DNA of 64,000 nucleotides from an uncultured Alphaproteobacteria bacterium (GCA_944389535.1 CALXMS010000002.1:129041-193040), one strand, 5' to 3'. Numbered from the stretch's first letter, positions 42,770-52,412 are shown. Made by a program: numbers and translations. Notes: generated by a model from the sequence alone, not told the origin.

Positions 42770-44248
42770 ATGTCAGAAAACTCAAGCAACACAACAAAAA
42801 TATCTACTAACGAATTAGAGGCTCGTTTACAAAAAGCAGAAAATATTCGTGCGCGTGACGGTGTTGTTTGGAAAGATAAATATGATAGATCAAATACGAT
42901 TGCAGAGGCACGTGAATTAGCAGATGGTGCGCACGTAAAGTTAGCAGGTCGTGTAACTGCTTTGCGTTGGCTGGGGAAATTGATGTTCGGTCGTATTTAT
43001 GATATTGACGGTGAAATTCAATTTTCTATGTCTCGTGAAGAATTGGGCGAAGAACAATATAAGTTTATGAAGGCAAATGTTGACTTAGGTGATTTTATCG
43101 GCATAGAAGGTGACTTATATCATACAACAGCTGGTGAATTGACGGTAAGGGTTGCAAAGTATGACATTTTGTCTAAGGCTTTGAGACCTTTGCCGGAAAA
43201 GTTTCATGGGCTTACAGACATGGAAACAAGATATCGTCAGCGTTATTTGGATATAATTTCAAACGAAGACACTCGTAATACGATGAAAATGCGATTCAAG
43301 ATGTTGCGTTTAATTCGTGAATACTTAAATGATAATGGGTTCGTAGAGGTAGAAACGCCGATAATGCAAGTAGTGGCAAGCGGTGCCGCTGCAAGACCGT
43401 TTATAACACATCATAACGCATTAGACGCTGATTTTTATCTGCGTATTGCGCCGGAATTATTCTTAAAGCAGACGATTGCGGCAGGTTTTGATAGAGTATA
43501 CGAACTTGGTAAGAATTTTCGTAATGAAGGTATGGATGCAATGCATCTTCAGGAATTTACCATGCTGGAATGGTATGCTGCGTATTGGAACTATAAAGAC
43601 AATATTAAGTTTTCCTGGAATATGATTCAGAAATTATTGATGGATTTACGTGGCAGTTTGCAAATCGAATATCAGGGTACTAAATTGGATTTCAGCAAGT
43701 ATGAAGAGATAGACTATACTGCTAGAATGAACGAATTATTGGGTGTTGATATCTTAGAATTTAATGATACAGATGCATTGAAGAAACAGTTAATAGAAAA
43801 AGGCATGTTCCCTGAAGATGAGCTAGAACCGTTAAAGTCTGTGCCGTCAATTGTCGATTATGTGTTTAAGCGTAAAATACGCGATCAGATTGTACAACCT
43901 GCGATAGTATATAACTATCCTGCGTATTTAATACCATTGGCGCGTCGTAACGATAAAGATAACCGTCGCATAGATATATTCCAATTAATCGTATGCGGTG
44001 CGGAATTGATAAAGGCATATTCTGAATTAGTTGACCCGATTGTTCAACGAGCTGCGTTTGAAGAACAGGCTAAGAATAAGGCCGCAGGTGACGAAGAAGC
44101 ATTTGATTTGGACGAAGATTTCTTGCGGGCTATGGAACATGGAATGCCGCCAATTTCGGGTTTGGGTTTGGGAATTGATAGATTTTTCTCAATAATTGCT
44201 GACCAGCCGACGTTGCGTGACGTCATATTGTTCCCGATAATGAAATAG
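42770..44248 (+). CDS. lysS: Lysine--tRNA ligase (class II)
   Basis: 492 aa; N-terminal OB anticodon-binding domain and class II motifs (...GLGLGIDR...). Confidence 0.9.
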   Translation: MSENSSNTTKISTNELEARLQKAENIRARDGVVWKDKYDRSNTIAEARELADGAHVKLAGRVTALRWLGKLMFGRIYDIDGEIQFSMSREELGEEQYKFMKANVDLGDFIGIEGDLYHTTAGELTVRVAKYDILSKALRPLPEKFHGLTDMETRYRQRYLDIISNEDTRNTMKMRFKMLRLIREYLNDNGFVEVETPIMQVVASGAAARPFITHHNALDADFYLRIAPELFLKQTIAAGFDRVYELGKNFRNEGMDAMHLQEFTMLEWYAAYWNYKDNIKFSWNMIQKLLMDLRGSLQIEYQGTKLDFSKYEEIDYTARMNELLGVDILEFNDTDALKKQLIEKGMFPEDELEPLKSVPSIVDYVFKRKIRDQIVQPAIVYNYPAYLIPLARRNDKDNRRIDIFQLIVCGAELIKAYSELVDPIVQRAAFEEQAKNKAAGDEEAFDLDEDFLRAMEHGMPPISGLGLGIDRFFSIIADQPTLRDVILFPIMK

Positions 44249-44260
44249 GAAGGATTTATT

Positions 44261-45691
44261 ATGCCAAAGTCTTATTCAGATAAAATTGCTGTTGATTTAA
44301 CGGCTGATAATGATCGGAAAAATAAAGAGAAAATAAAAGCGGCTTGTACCGCAGGGCGTATAAACGATGAGGCGGCTAATTATTTATCAGAACTTTATTC
44401 AGACAGCCTTATGTGGTTTCGTGAAGTTTTTTATTTTCTTGGCAAGTGTTTCGGAGCCCCAAAAGCGCCTGTTATGCGATATGATTATGCCACAGACAGT
44501 GCGATTGATTCACCAATTAAAATATCTGACATAAATCCTTTGTATCCATACATTGTTCATCATCGTTTGGATGCGGACCCAATGCGTAATCAATTTTTTA
44601 CAAGTGGTGCAGGTCATAAAATTGATCTGGCCGTGTCTTCGATAGTAACGGTTATTGTCGGGGCGCAAAAAAGCGTTGATAGGGCTATTGATAAAATAAC
44701 GGGTAAGTATTATGCCGCATACGTTGATGAAGTGGCAAATACCGTTTATCGTGTCATTGCATCACGTGAACGAGAAGCATCTGCACGTGCTGTTTCAGAT
44801 AAAATTCGTGCCAAATTAAACGAAAAGTATATCTCAACGCCCGCCGAAACGGTTTTAGGTATAATCGGTTCTGGGCATGAAGAGTTGGCGGTTGAATTAG
44901 TTCGTGCTTTGGATAAAGTTAAACGTCCGCGCATGCGATTGCAAGATATTTGGCGTGTAAAATGTTTGTTTGATTTAATTCCGCAGGCAAGAACGTTCAT
45001 AGAACGCGTATGTGAAATGATGCCAGACAGAATTTTATCTGTTCGCGATAACTTTTATGACATGAAGAATCCGCGCAATTATCGTGATGCGAAATTAATT
45101 ATAGACATAGGCAAAAACGGTAAAGTAGTACCGATGGAAATAATATGTCAGGTTCGTACATTCTTTGAATTTGAACGCCAGACTCATGATAATTATGAGG
45201 TTGCTCGTAAAACTGAAAACAAAAAGTATAACAGAGCGAAAACAGATAGTAAGGTTATAAGTAATGTTGTGCAAGGGGCACGTGAACATAAGATCGGTGT
45301 TGAAGAATATAATTTAATGATATGTCAATGTCTGGAAGACTTATTTGATCGTGTCGGATGGAACATTTTATACAGCTTAGGTAACGATGTGTCAATGTTT
45401 GACGGATTTCCGAAACCTTGTAAGTTATATTATCCGCAGAAAATATTAGACGTCATAGGAGAAAAGCTGGATAACGCCATAGAAAACGAAGTTTTTCGTT
45501 TTAAAAACGCGCCTGCAAAACTTACGTTGGCCCAAGAAAGCGAGATTTTTCATTTTATGGCCAGGTTCGTTTTAGTATCTGCGATGCCCTATGTGCAAAA
45601 GGATTGGGACGTGCCTTCGGATACTATGGCAGGTAAATTATTTAATTTTGTTATGACTGAAGTACAAAGGTATTACAAAAAAAACGCCTGA
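44261..45691 (+). CDS. Hypothetical protein with a central RelA/SpoT-like (RSD, toxSAS-like) nucleotidyltransferase region
   Basis: 476 aa. 'WRVKCLFDLI' (Syn1-like GRVKS), 'NFYDMKNPRNYRDAKLIID' (compare DYIANPKENGYRSLHLVV) and 'PMEIICQVRTFFEFERQTHDNYE' (compare PVEIQIRTxxMxxWAxxEHxxxYK). Starts 12 bp after the lysS stop. Confidence 0.5.
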   Translation: MPKSYSDKIAVDLTADNDRKNKEKIKAACTAGRINDEAANYLSELYSDSLMWFREVFYFLGKCFGAPKAPVMRYDYATDSAIDSPIKISDINPLYPYIVHHRLDADPMRNQFFTSGAGHKIDLAVSSIVTVIVGAQKSVDRAIDKITGKYYAAYVDEVANTVYRVIASREREASARAVSDKIRAKLNEKYISTPAETVLGIIGSGHEELAVELVRALDKVKRPRMRLQDIWRVKCLFDLIPQARTFIERVCEMMPDRILSVRDNFYDMKNPRNYRDAKLIIDIGKNGKVVPMEIICQVRTFFEFERQTHDNYEVARKTENKKYNRAKTDSKVISNVVQGAREHKIGVEEYNLMICQCLEDLFDRVGWNILYSLGNDVSMFDGFPKPCKLYYPQKILDVIGEKLDNAIENEVFRFKNAPAKLTLAQESEIFHFMARFVLVSAMPYVQKDWDVPSDTMAGKLFNFVMTEVQRYYKKNA

Positions 45692-45841
45692 TTATAGTAG
45701 AAAAGTTTAGTTTTTCGTAGGAAATCAAACTATAACAGGAAGGGTGTTTTTTCTTGCTTTCTTGGCTTTAATCGGCAACAATAATTACAGGTTCCTGTTG
45801 TTTTATGGAACCATAACAAGCATAAGAAAGGAAGGCACATT

Positions 45842-46186
45842 ATGCGTCAAGGTAAAGTGAAGTGGTACAACGGTAAAAAGTGTTTCGGTTTTATTACTCC
45901 GGATACACCGAATGAAAACGGCAATACAGATGATGTATTTGTTCATTCTAGTGCGTTAAAGGCAGCGGGCATCAGATTCTTAAATGAAAATGATATCGTC
46001 GAATTTGATGAAGAAGTTCGTAACGATAAATTATCTGTCACAACGTTGAAACTAATTCAACGAGATGAAGAATCCGCAAAAAGATTTCAGGAACGTCGTG
46101 CAGAACGTCGTCGCGCCGCAGAAGATCGTAAGCAGCGCGAAGAAAAATCTGAACGTCGTTCAGGATTTGCGTTCTGGAAAAAATAA
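45842..46186 (+). CDS. csp: Cold-shock domain protein with Arg/Glu-rich C-terminal extension
   Basis: 'GKVKWYNGKKCFGFI' RNP1-like cold-shock motif. The approximately 150-nt 5' UTR contains a GGTTCC...GGAACC hairpin. Confidence 0.85.
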   Translation: MRQGKVKWYNGKKCFGFITPDTPNENGNTDDVFVHSSALKAAGIRFLNENDIVEFDEEVRNDKLSVTTLKLIQRDEESAKRFQERRAERRRAAEDRKQREEKSERRSGFAFWKK

Positions 46187-46203
46187 TTTTATCATCAGAT
46201 AAT

Positions 46204-46232
46204 AAAAAATCGCCCAAAAGGGCGATTTTTTA
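46204..46232. terminator. Bidirectional terminator (ATCGCCC-AAAA-GGGCGAT plus T-run)
   Basis: Perfect 7-bp stem between convergent csp and RNase J genes. Confidence 0.7.
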
Positions 46233-48032
46233 TTTTTGTACAAAATGTACACTATATTGCGGTTTTTTATCTGCACCTAAAGAGGCACGTACAACTTTAT
46301 TCGACGCAACTTGTACTGCACGAATAAGATTGGCTTTGTCTTTACGTTCTGCCTTTGTCAGTGCATCAATTGCTTTGGTAATTTCTATTTGAATTTGACG
46401 TTTCATAAAACCAGTGTCGTCAGTTTCAAATATACCTGCACTTGATACTTCTGGCGTCCCTTTCAAGAAACCGCGTTTATCAACAGGCAGAGTCACAAAT
46501 ATCGCTCCATTTGTTGCGATTTTTTTACGCGTCTTATATACCGGGTCGTCTGTACTTCTTTCCGTTTCTCCTTCCATGACCACGAAACCCGTTTCAATGG
46601 TTTCGGCAACGTACGGAGCTTCGCCGTCTGACAAAGCAATCATTTCACCGTTATGTACGACCATCATATATTTAGCACCGCCGCGCTCCATAGCCATTTT
46701 ACCGTTTAACATTTCATTTATATAATCGCCATGCATTGGTACTGAAACCTGCGGATGTACCATATCATAAAAACGCTCAAATTCCGGACGACCTGCATGA
46801 CCACTTGCATGTAGGTGGGTTGTATCAAATATTGTATGTGTTTTTATACCCATACGTGCTAACTTATTATATAGGTAAGATACATCTTGTTCTCGTCCTG
46901 GAATTACGATTGCACTGAATAACACAGTATCTGTCGGTTGCAGTTTCATTTCCTTTACGTGACCGCGACACAAGCGTGTTAACATGGCAAATTGTTCACC
47001 CTGAGAACCGGTTAAGAATATTGCTTGTTTTTCTGCCGGCAGGTCTTTTATTTCACTGTGCAGATAAACATCATCTTTATTTAAATAACCAAATTCTATT
47101 CCCATTTCACGGAATTCTGGTAACCCAACAAATGGTACAGGGTTAGGGTTACTACGTTCTTTAATTGCGGCGACACGTCCAGCGGCACGAGCTGCCTCAG
47201 CAAACATTTTCATACGTGCTAAAGAACGAGAATAACCTGTTACCAAAACACGACCAGGAGCTTTTTTCATAATTTCTGTCAACGTTTCGCGCACCTGAAC
47301 TTCGGTTGTTTGAACTTCCTGACGCGACGAAGACGTAGAATCAGACATACAAGCTAATAGTTTTGGGTCTGATCCGATTTCACGTAAACGTGCATAATCG
47401 GTCGGTTCTTCTATTGGGTTATCGTCATTAAAAGTCCAGTCACCCGTGTGCAATACTTTACCTGCCGGCGTCTTAATAATTAGCATTTGGGCTTCTGGTA
47501 CCGAGTGCGAAACATGAAACGTTTCAATTTCAAATGGGTCAAGGTTTAAAGTCGCACCGTGATGATCAAATTCAATAATGTCTTTTTCTGGGTTAAAGTC
47601 TAATTCAATCCCACGAAAAGTCTGGCGCAGAATTTTTGCCGGAAAACGCGTGCAATAAATCGGTTTTCTAAATTTAGGCCAAATGAATTTTAATGCGCCG
47701 ATGTGGTCTTCGTGACCATGAGTGATTACGAAACCTACAACGTCTTTTTTCCTTTTTTCAAGCCATGTTGTATCACAGTATTGAACGTCACCGGCACCGA
47801 TTTCTTCTTCTAGAAATCCCATACCGCAATCAACAATCAAATATTTACCTTTGTACTTGTATATATACATGTTTTGACCGACGCGTTCTAACCCGCCAAG
47901 CGCCATGAAATACAATTTTTCATCGTTTTTATCGTTTTCGTGTTTGTTCATTCCTGTTATTTTTTTTGTTTTCTGTACGTCTGATCCTATTTCAGTATCT
48001 GGCGCAGTTTGTTTTTCTTTTACTTTTACCAT
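46230..48032 (-). CDS. rnj: Ribonuclease J (MBL/beta-CASP family)
   Basis: 'HGHEDH' MBL motif and beta-CASP. The actual start may be an internal Met (for example MNKHEND at about 47951). Confidence 0.8.
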   Translation of the reverse strand: MVKVKEKQTAPDTEIGSDVQKTKKITGMNKHENDKNDEKLYFMALGGLERVGQNMYIYKYKGKYLIVDCGMGFLEEEIGAGDVQYCDTTWLEKRKKDVVGFVITHGHEDHIGALKFIWPKFRKPIYCTRFPAKILRQTFRGIELDFNPEKDIIEFDHHGATLNLDPFEIETFHVSHSVPEAQMLIIKTPAGKVLHTGDWTFNDDNPIEEPTDYARLREIGSDPKLLACMSDSTSSSRQEVQTTEVQVRETLTEIMKKAPGRVLVTGYSRSLARMKMFAEAARAAGRVAAIKERSNPNPVPFVGLPEFREMGIEFGYLNKDDVYLHSEIKDLPAEKQAIFLTGSQGEQFAMLTRLCRGHVKEMKLQPTDTVLFSAIVIPGREQDVSYLYNKLARMGIKTHTIFDTTHLHASGHAGRPEFERFYDMVHPQVSVPMHGDYINEMLNGKMAMERGGAKYMMVVHNGEMIALSDGEAPYVAETIETGFVVMEGETERSTDDPVYKTRKKIATNGAIFVTLPVDKRGFLKGTPEVSSAGIFETDDTGFMKRQIQIEITKAIDALTKAERKDKANLIRAVQVASNKVVRASLGADKKPQYSVHFVQK

Positions 48033-48251
48033 AATAAATCCTTTTTAAATGTTATACTTTTGCACCGTCATACAATTCATTGCTAATAAAGAGAAGTCTT
48101 TATTTGTAGTGAATCTAAATGACGGTGCGGCTTTTTTTACCCGTTTAATAATTATAATGACAATTAAAATAACGGGATTTGTTTTTCGGAATTTACCCGA
48201 AATCTCTCATACCCCAGTAATTTTACTACTATTTAATATAAAAGCAAGGGA

Positions 48252-48282
48252 AATAAAAACGCCTCGTTTTGAGGCGTTTTGT
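48252..48282 (-). terminator. Terminator hairpin (ACGCCTC-GTTTT-GAGGCGT) downstream of alaS
   Basis: 7-bp stem with flanking T/A runs. Confidence 0.55.
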
Positions 48283-48284
48283 GT

Positions 48285-50342
48285 TTATTCTGCCAGCGTA
48301 CCAACAGACATGGTGATACGACGAATACCGCTGCTGATAGATTTTTCTTTATTTATCTTGGCTTTTATTATTTCGCCTGTATGATAAATGTGCGTTCCCC
48401 CACATAACTCGCAGGATATATTGTCTGCTGTTATGACCTTTACTTTATCTCTATATTTTTCGTCGAATAAAGCCATTGCTCCGCGTTTTTTCGCGTCATC
48501 CAAAGACATTTCTTCGTGGGTAACAGGTATATCAGCAGCAATCCATTTATTAATTAAATCTTCAACTGCTTGTTTTTCTTCCGCAGTCATAGCACGACCA
48601 AACCGAAAGTCAAAACGTACGGAATCAGGGGATACTTTTGAACCGCGTTGTTCAACGTCCTCATTTAAAATATTTCGTAATGCAGCTTGTAGTAGATGGG
48701 TCGCAGTATGTGCGCGTGCTGTTTGTTGGCGTGTCGAAGCATTTATTAAAGTTTTAACTTTGTCGCCAACTGATAAGTCTGTATTTAGTATACCTTTGTG
48801 TATAACGACATCATTGACTCGTCCAGCTTCTGTGACGTTCATTGCAACGTTGCCATCTTTTATGATTTCCCCCGCATCGCCAACTTGTCCGCCTTGTGTT
48901 CCATAGAAATTTGTTTTATCCAATGCGACTTCTACATTATCACCAGCTGCAGCCTTTGAAACGAAACTGCCGTCACGCAGAATTGCCAAGACTTTTGATT
49001 CCAGGGCATTATCAGGATCGTATTTATAATGATCATCTGTCGCAGTTAATTTCGTCTGAGATTCCCATAAAGTACGAGTCCCTTTAGTATCGGCACGGCT
49101 GCGTTCTTTCTGTTCATTCATTGCACGCTCAAAGCCTGCAATATCGACCTCTATATTTTTATCGCGTAAAATCATTTGCGTTAAATCTAATGGAAATCCA
49201 TAAGTATCAAATAACTTAAACGCGATTTCTCCGGGTAATACGGCATTGTTGATTTTTGGAATTTCATTATCAAGTAACTTTATGCCGTTTTGTAACATAT
49301 CTGCAAAAGCGTTTTCTTCGTTTTGAATTATTTCAACGACATGCTTTTCTTCTTGTGCTAGTTCTGGATACGCGTTACCCATTTCCGTAATTAAAGCAGG
49401 ATATAGTTTGGATAACAATGCACCTTTATGCCCAAGCATTTGACCATGACGCATAGCTCGACGTAATATACGACGAATTACGTATCCACGATCTGTATTA
49501 CTTGGAATAACGCCGTCAGCAATTGCGAAACCCACAGCACGCAAATGATCAGCAATGATTTTAAATGATGGAGTATTTTCATCAGTCTTTTTTACGCCTG
49601 TTACGTCTTCTGTCGCATGAATCAGATTTACGAATAAATCAGTATCAAAATTATCAACTTTATTTTGTAATAACGCGGCCCAACGTTCTAAACCCGCACC
49701 AGTATCTACATTCTGTTTTGGCAGCGGCGTTAAATTACCATTTGCATCTCTGTCAAATTGCATGAACACGTCATTCCATATTTCAACCCAGCGATCATCT
49801 TCATTAGAAAATTCTTTGCCGAAATCATAGAAAATTTCTGTGCACGGCCCGCACGGACCAGTATCACCAGCCGACCACCAGTTGTCTTTGTCGCCAAGAC
49901 GTATAGGTTCTTTGCTGGCGATTTTTCTCCACAATTGTGTCGATTCTTCGTCACTTTCATGCGTGGTTACGCGTAGACGGGCAGGGTCCAGTTTTAAAAC
50001 CTTGGTTAGTAATTCCCAAGACATTTCAATTGCACCTTCTTTGAAGTAGTCTCCAAAAGACCAGTTGCCCAACATTTCAAAAAACGTATGATGACGCCCG
50101 TCAAAACCGACTTCGTCTAGATCGTTATGTTTTCCGCCTGCGCGAATACATTTCTGAACGTCCGCGACACGTGGGGCAAAAGCAGGCTCCGTACCCTGCA
50201 ATATACCTTTCCATGGTACCATACCAGCAACAGTGAATAATAAAGTCGGATCGTTGGGTATCAGTGAGGCCGATGGTACTATTTTATGTCCTTTAGATTC
50301 AAAGAAATTCAAAAAAACCTTTCTAATATCGTCATATGTCAT
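48285..50342 (-). CDS. alaS: Alanine--tRNA ligase, short form lacking the C-terminal C-Ala/DHHA1-like domain
   Basis: 685 aa. Canonical N-terminus 'FLNFFESKGHKIVPSASLIP.DPTLLFT.AGM' and editing-domain motifs 'HTATHLL' and 'CGGTH'. The ORF ends shortly after the editing domain. Confidence 0.85.
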   Translation of the reverse strand: MTYDDIRKVFLNFFESKGHKIVPSASLIPNDPTLLFTVAGMVPWKGILQGTEPAFAPRVADVQKCIRAGGKHNDLDEVGFDGRHHTFFEMLGNWSFGDYFKEGAIEMSWELLTKVLKLDPARLRVTTHESDEESTQLWRKIASKEPIRLGDKDNWWSAGDTGPCGPCTEIFYDFGKEFSNEDDRWVEIWNDVFMQFDRDANGNLTPLPKQNVDTGAGLERWAALLQNKVDNFDTDLFVNLIHATEDVTGVKKTDENTPSFKIIADHLRAVGFAIADGVIPSNTDRGYVIRRILRRAMRHGQMLGHKGALLSKLYPALITEMGNAYPELAQEEKHVVEIIQNEENAFADMLQNGIKLLDNEIPKINNAVLPGEIAFKLFDTYGFPLDLTQMILRDKNIEVDIAGFERAMNEQKERSRADTKGTRTLWESQTKLTATDDHYKYDPDNALESKVLAILRDGSFVSKAAAGDNVEVALDKTNFYGTQGGQVGDAGEIIKDGNVAMNVTEAGRVNDVVIHKGILNTDLSVGDKVKTLINASTRQQTARAHTATHLLQAALRNILNEDVEQRGSKVSPDSVRFDFRFGRAMTAEEKQAVEDLINKWIAADIPVTHEEMSLDDAKKRGAMALFDEKYRDKVKVITADNISCELCGGTHIYHTGEIIKAKINKEKSISSGIRRITMSVGTLAE

Positions 50343-50410
50343 TTTGTAACCTCATATTTATGAGTGATTTTATATTTATTAAAGCCCGTTTTCAATCAGA
50401 TATTTATAGT

Positions 50411-51223
50411 CTAGCCCCGTGGGGCAGCGGTGGAATTTAAAGCGATGTTTAACAACAAATTATATTTGTCTAATACGCGCTTGTAATTTTCATCTGCATT
50501 TCTAGCAGGGCGCGATAACATACCATATTTCATGGTGGTAGTATCTATATCATTTTTTATGTAATTTATTTTATCCATATAAATAGGAACAGATTTAGGA
50601 TTAATATGTCGTGAATACAGGTTTAGAAAATTCCACATCATTTCTTTAATTGGCGGGTAAAAACCAAGTTTGTTGTTTATTTCGTCTATTTCATCTGTAA
50701 TATTTTGTAACGTTGTGGTTAAACCAAAAAGTACAGTTGCGCGGATTGGGTTTCCTATTATACCTACGTTCGGTCGTGATAATTTAACGTTTTCATCGTC
50801 TATAACAAAGTCCATAGGGTCATCCATAACGCGTAATAAGTTTGTAAGTTTATGTTTTAAAGCGGCTTTATTTTGAATAATTATAAAATGTTCATCAGAA
50901 ACTGTGGGAATGTCTAAATCTATTATTAAATCGTCATCGTCACAGAATATGATCCATTTGGGTTTAATGTCGCGTGCGGTATTTATTATTTCTATTCTTG
51001 CGCGCATTTCACCGATATTGTCATTAGCGTTTATTATATGTAAATCTCCGTAATAACCAAGCCTACGAATTTGTCTGCGAGAAACAATAGTCATAGGGTT
51101 GTTATTATGTATTATAAGTATGAATTTTTGGCGTAGTTTGCCCAATGCCGGAATAGAAATTTTCAGCCTTTCATTATCAAAAGTTGTTAATCCTATAACA
51201 ATATCCGTCTTTTTTCGCATCAT
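50411..51223 (-). CDS. Hypothetical GT-A-like glycosyltransferase
   Basis: 'DIVIGLTTF' beta1-like start and a 'FCDDDD' DxD-like motif. Start set at MMRKK; the six-frame ORF opens at a TTG at 51307. Weak RBS. Confidence 0.4.
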   Translation of the reverse strand: MMRKKTDIVIGLTTFDNERLKISIPALGKLRQKFILIIHNNNPMTIVSRRQIRRLGYYGDLHIINANDNIGEMRARIEIINTARDIKPKWIIFCDDDDLIIDLDIPTVSDEHFIIIQNKAALKHKLTNLLRVMDDPMDFVIDDENVKLSRPNVGIIGNPIRATVLFGLTTTLQNITDEIDEINNKLGFYPPIKEMMWNFLNLYSRHINPKSVPIYMDKINYIKNDIDTTTMKYGMLSRPARNADENYKRVLDKYNLLLNIALNSTAAPRG

Positions 51224-51313
51224 GATTTGGATTCTAAATAAAAGTTTATAAAATTGCAATCTCTTACTTATTTGTGTTATAATATGATGTAAGTAATTTA
51301 AGGACAAATATAA

Positions 51314-51790
51314 ATGAAACCATTAATGTTGTTTGCAATAGTTGCATTGGTCTCGATAATAATAGTAGTTTCTTTTGGTTTACAGTTGGCACCGAATGCT
51401 CCGATATTGTTGTCACCGGAAACGGCTGCGGATGCGTTATATATATGCCCTGTTACAAGCACTTTTTGGGATGCGTTTGCGACAGCTTTGATGCCATTTC
51501 ATAGATATTTAATAATAGCGTTGTTTTTTGTTGTAATGTTGTTGGCGTTTAGTTGGGGGTGGGCTTTATATCAAAATTTATTGAACGATTCTTTTAAAAG
51601 GGAAAGCTTTCAAAAACCGTGGCAAATGACCAAGTTTACTTTTTGGGTAAGCATCATAATTTTATTGTTTGTGATGACGCCTAATTATTTTAGAAGTGTT
51701 ACAGTTGACGGTTTAAACGGTCAGTATGTTCTGTGTGAAAGTGATACTCCTGGTGCGCGTGCGGTTCGTGCGGACGCCGTACATAATTAA
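51314..51790 (+). CDS. Hypothetical integral membrane protein (4 TM helices)
   Basis: 158 aa; divergent from the GT-like gene. Confidence 0.5.
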   Translation: MKPLMLFAIVALVSIIIVVSFGLQLAPNAPILLSPETAADALYICPVTSTFWDAFATALMPFHRYLIIALFFVVMLLAFSWGWALYQNLLNDSFKRESFQKPWQMTKFTFWVSIIILLFVMTPNYFRSVTVDGLNGQYVLCESDTPGARAVRADAVHN

Positions 51791-52023
51791 AATAAGTGAT
51801 TTTGTCAACATTTATAAAAATCATATAAAAATAAATATACTCTTGACTTAAAGCCCCGAATTCTCTACGATTCGTATAAGCAGCGCAGGCAATGTCCGTA
51901 GAATACAATGGTTTGCGATATGTGTTATTAAAAAAATGGCGCGTATTCGTTAAAAATATTCTATAGACATTGCCTTGGGACTGCCGGACACCTTATATAA
52001 ATTTATATGAAAGGAGAAAACAA

Positions 52024-52296
52024 ATGAATAAACAGCAATTGATTGAAGCAATCGCAAACGAAGTTGAAGTAACTAAAGCAACAGCAGCTGCTTGCTTGGA
52101 TGCATTCATCAACACAGTTACTAAAGTTTTGAAGAAAAAAGGTGAAGTTCGCTTGGTAGGTTTCGGTACATTTACAACAGCGAAACGTAAAGCGACAACA
52201 GGCCGCAATCCTCAGACAGGTGCTGCTATTAAAATCCCAGCTTCTACTCAGCCTAAATTTAAGCCGGGTAAAGCATTGAAGGATGCTTTGAACTAA
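52024..52296 (+). CDS. hup: HU-family DNA-binding protein
   Basis: 'MNKQQLIEAIA...GFGTF...R.ARNPQTG' HU/IHF signature. GGAG RBS; the longer ORF from 51970 is rejected. Confidence 0.9.
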   Translation: MNKQQLIEAIANEVEVTKATAAACLDAFINTVTKVLKKKGEVRLVGFGTFTTAKRKATTGRNPQTGAAIKIPASTQPKFKPGKALKDALN

Positions 52297-52315
52297 ATCG
52301 TTTAAGATTTTGGTT

Positions 52316-52350
52316 AAAAACAACCGTCCTATTGGGCGGTTGTTTTTTTA
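52316..52350 (+). terminator. Rho-independent terminator (CAACCGTCC-TATT-GGGCGGTTG plus T7)
   Basis: Hairpin and T-run after the hup stop. Confidence 0.65.
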
Positions 52351-52412
52351 TAAAAACCTTTGATTTTCATTAATATTGTATATAGAATTAAGTTTATAAA
52401 AAGGAGTTTAAT

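Noticed and set aside
48388-48906. 172-aa plus-strand ORF inside alaS (also 49565-50049 ORFs)
   Set aside because: Antisense shadow ORFs within alaS.
51970-52023. Upstream extension of the hup ORF (MPWDCRTPYINLYERRKQ...)
   Set aside because: HU proteins start at MNKQQL. A GGAG RBS directly precedes 52024.
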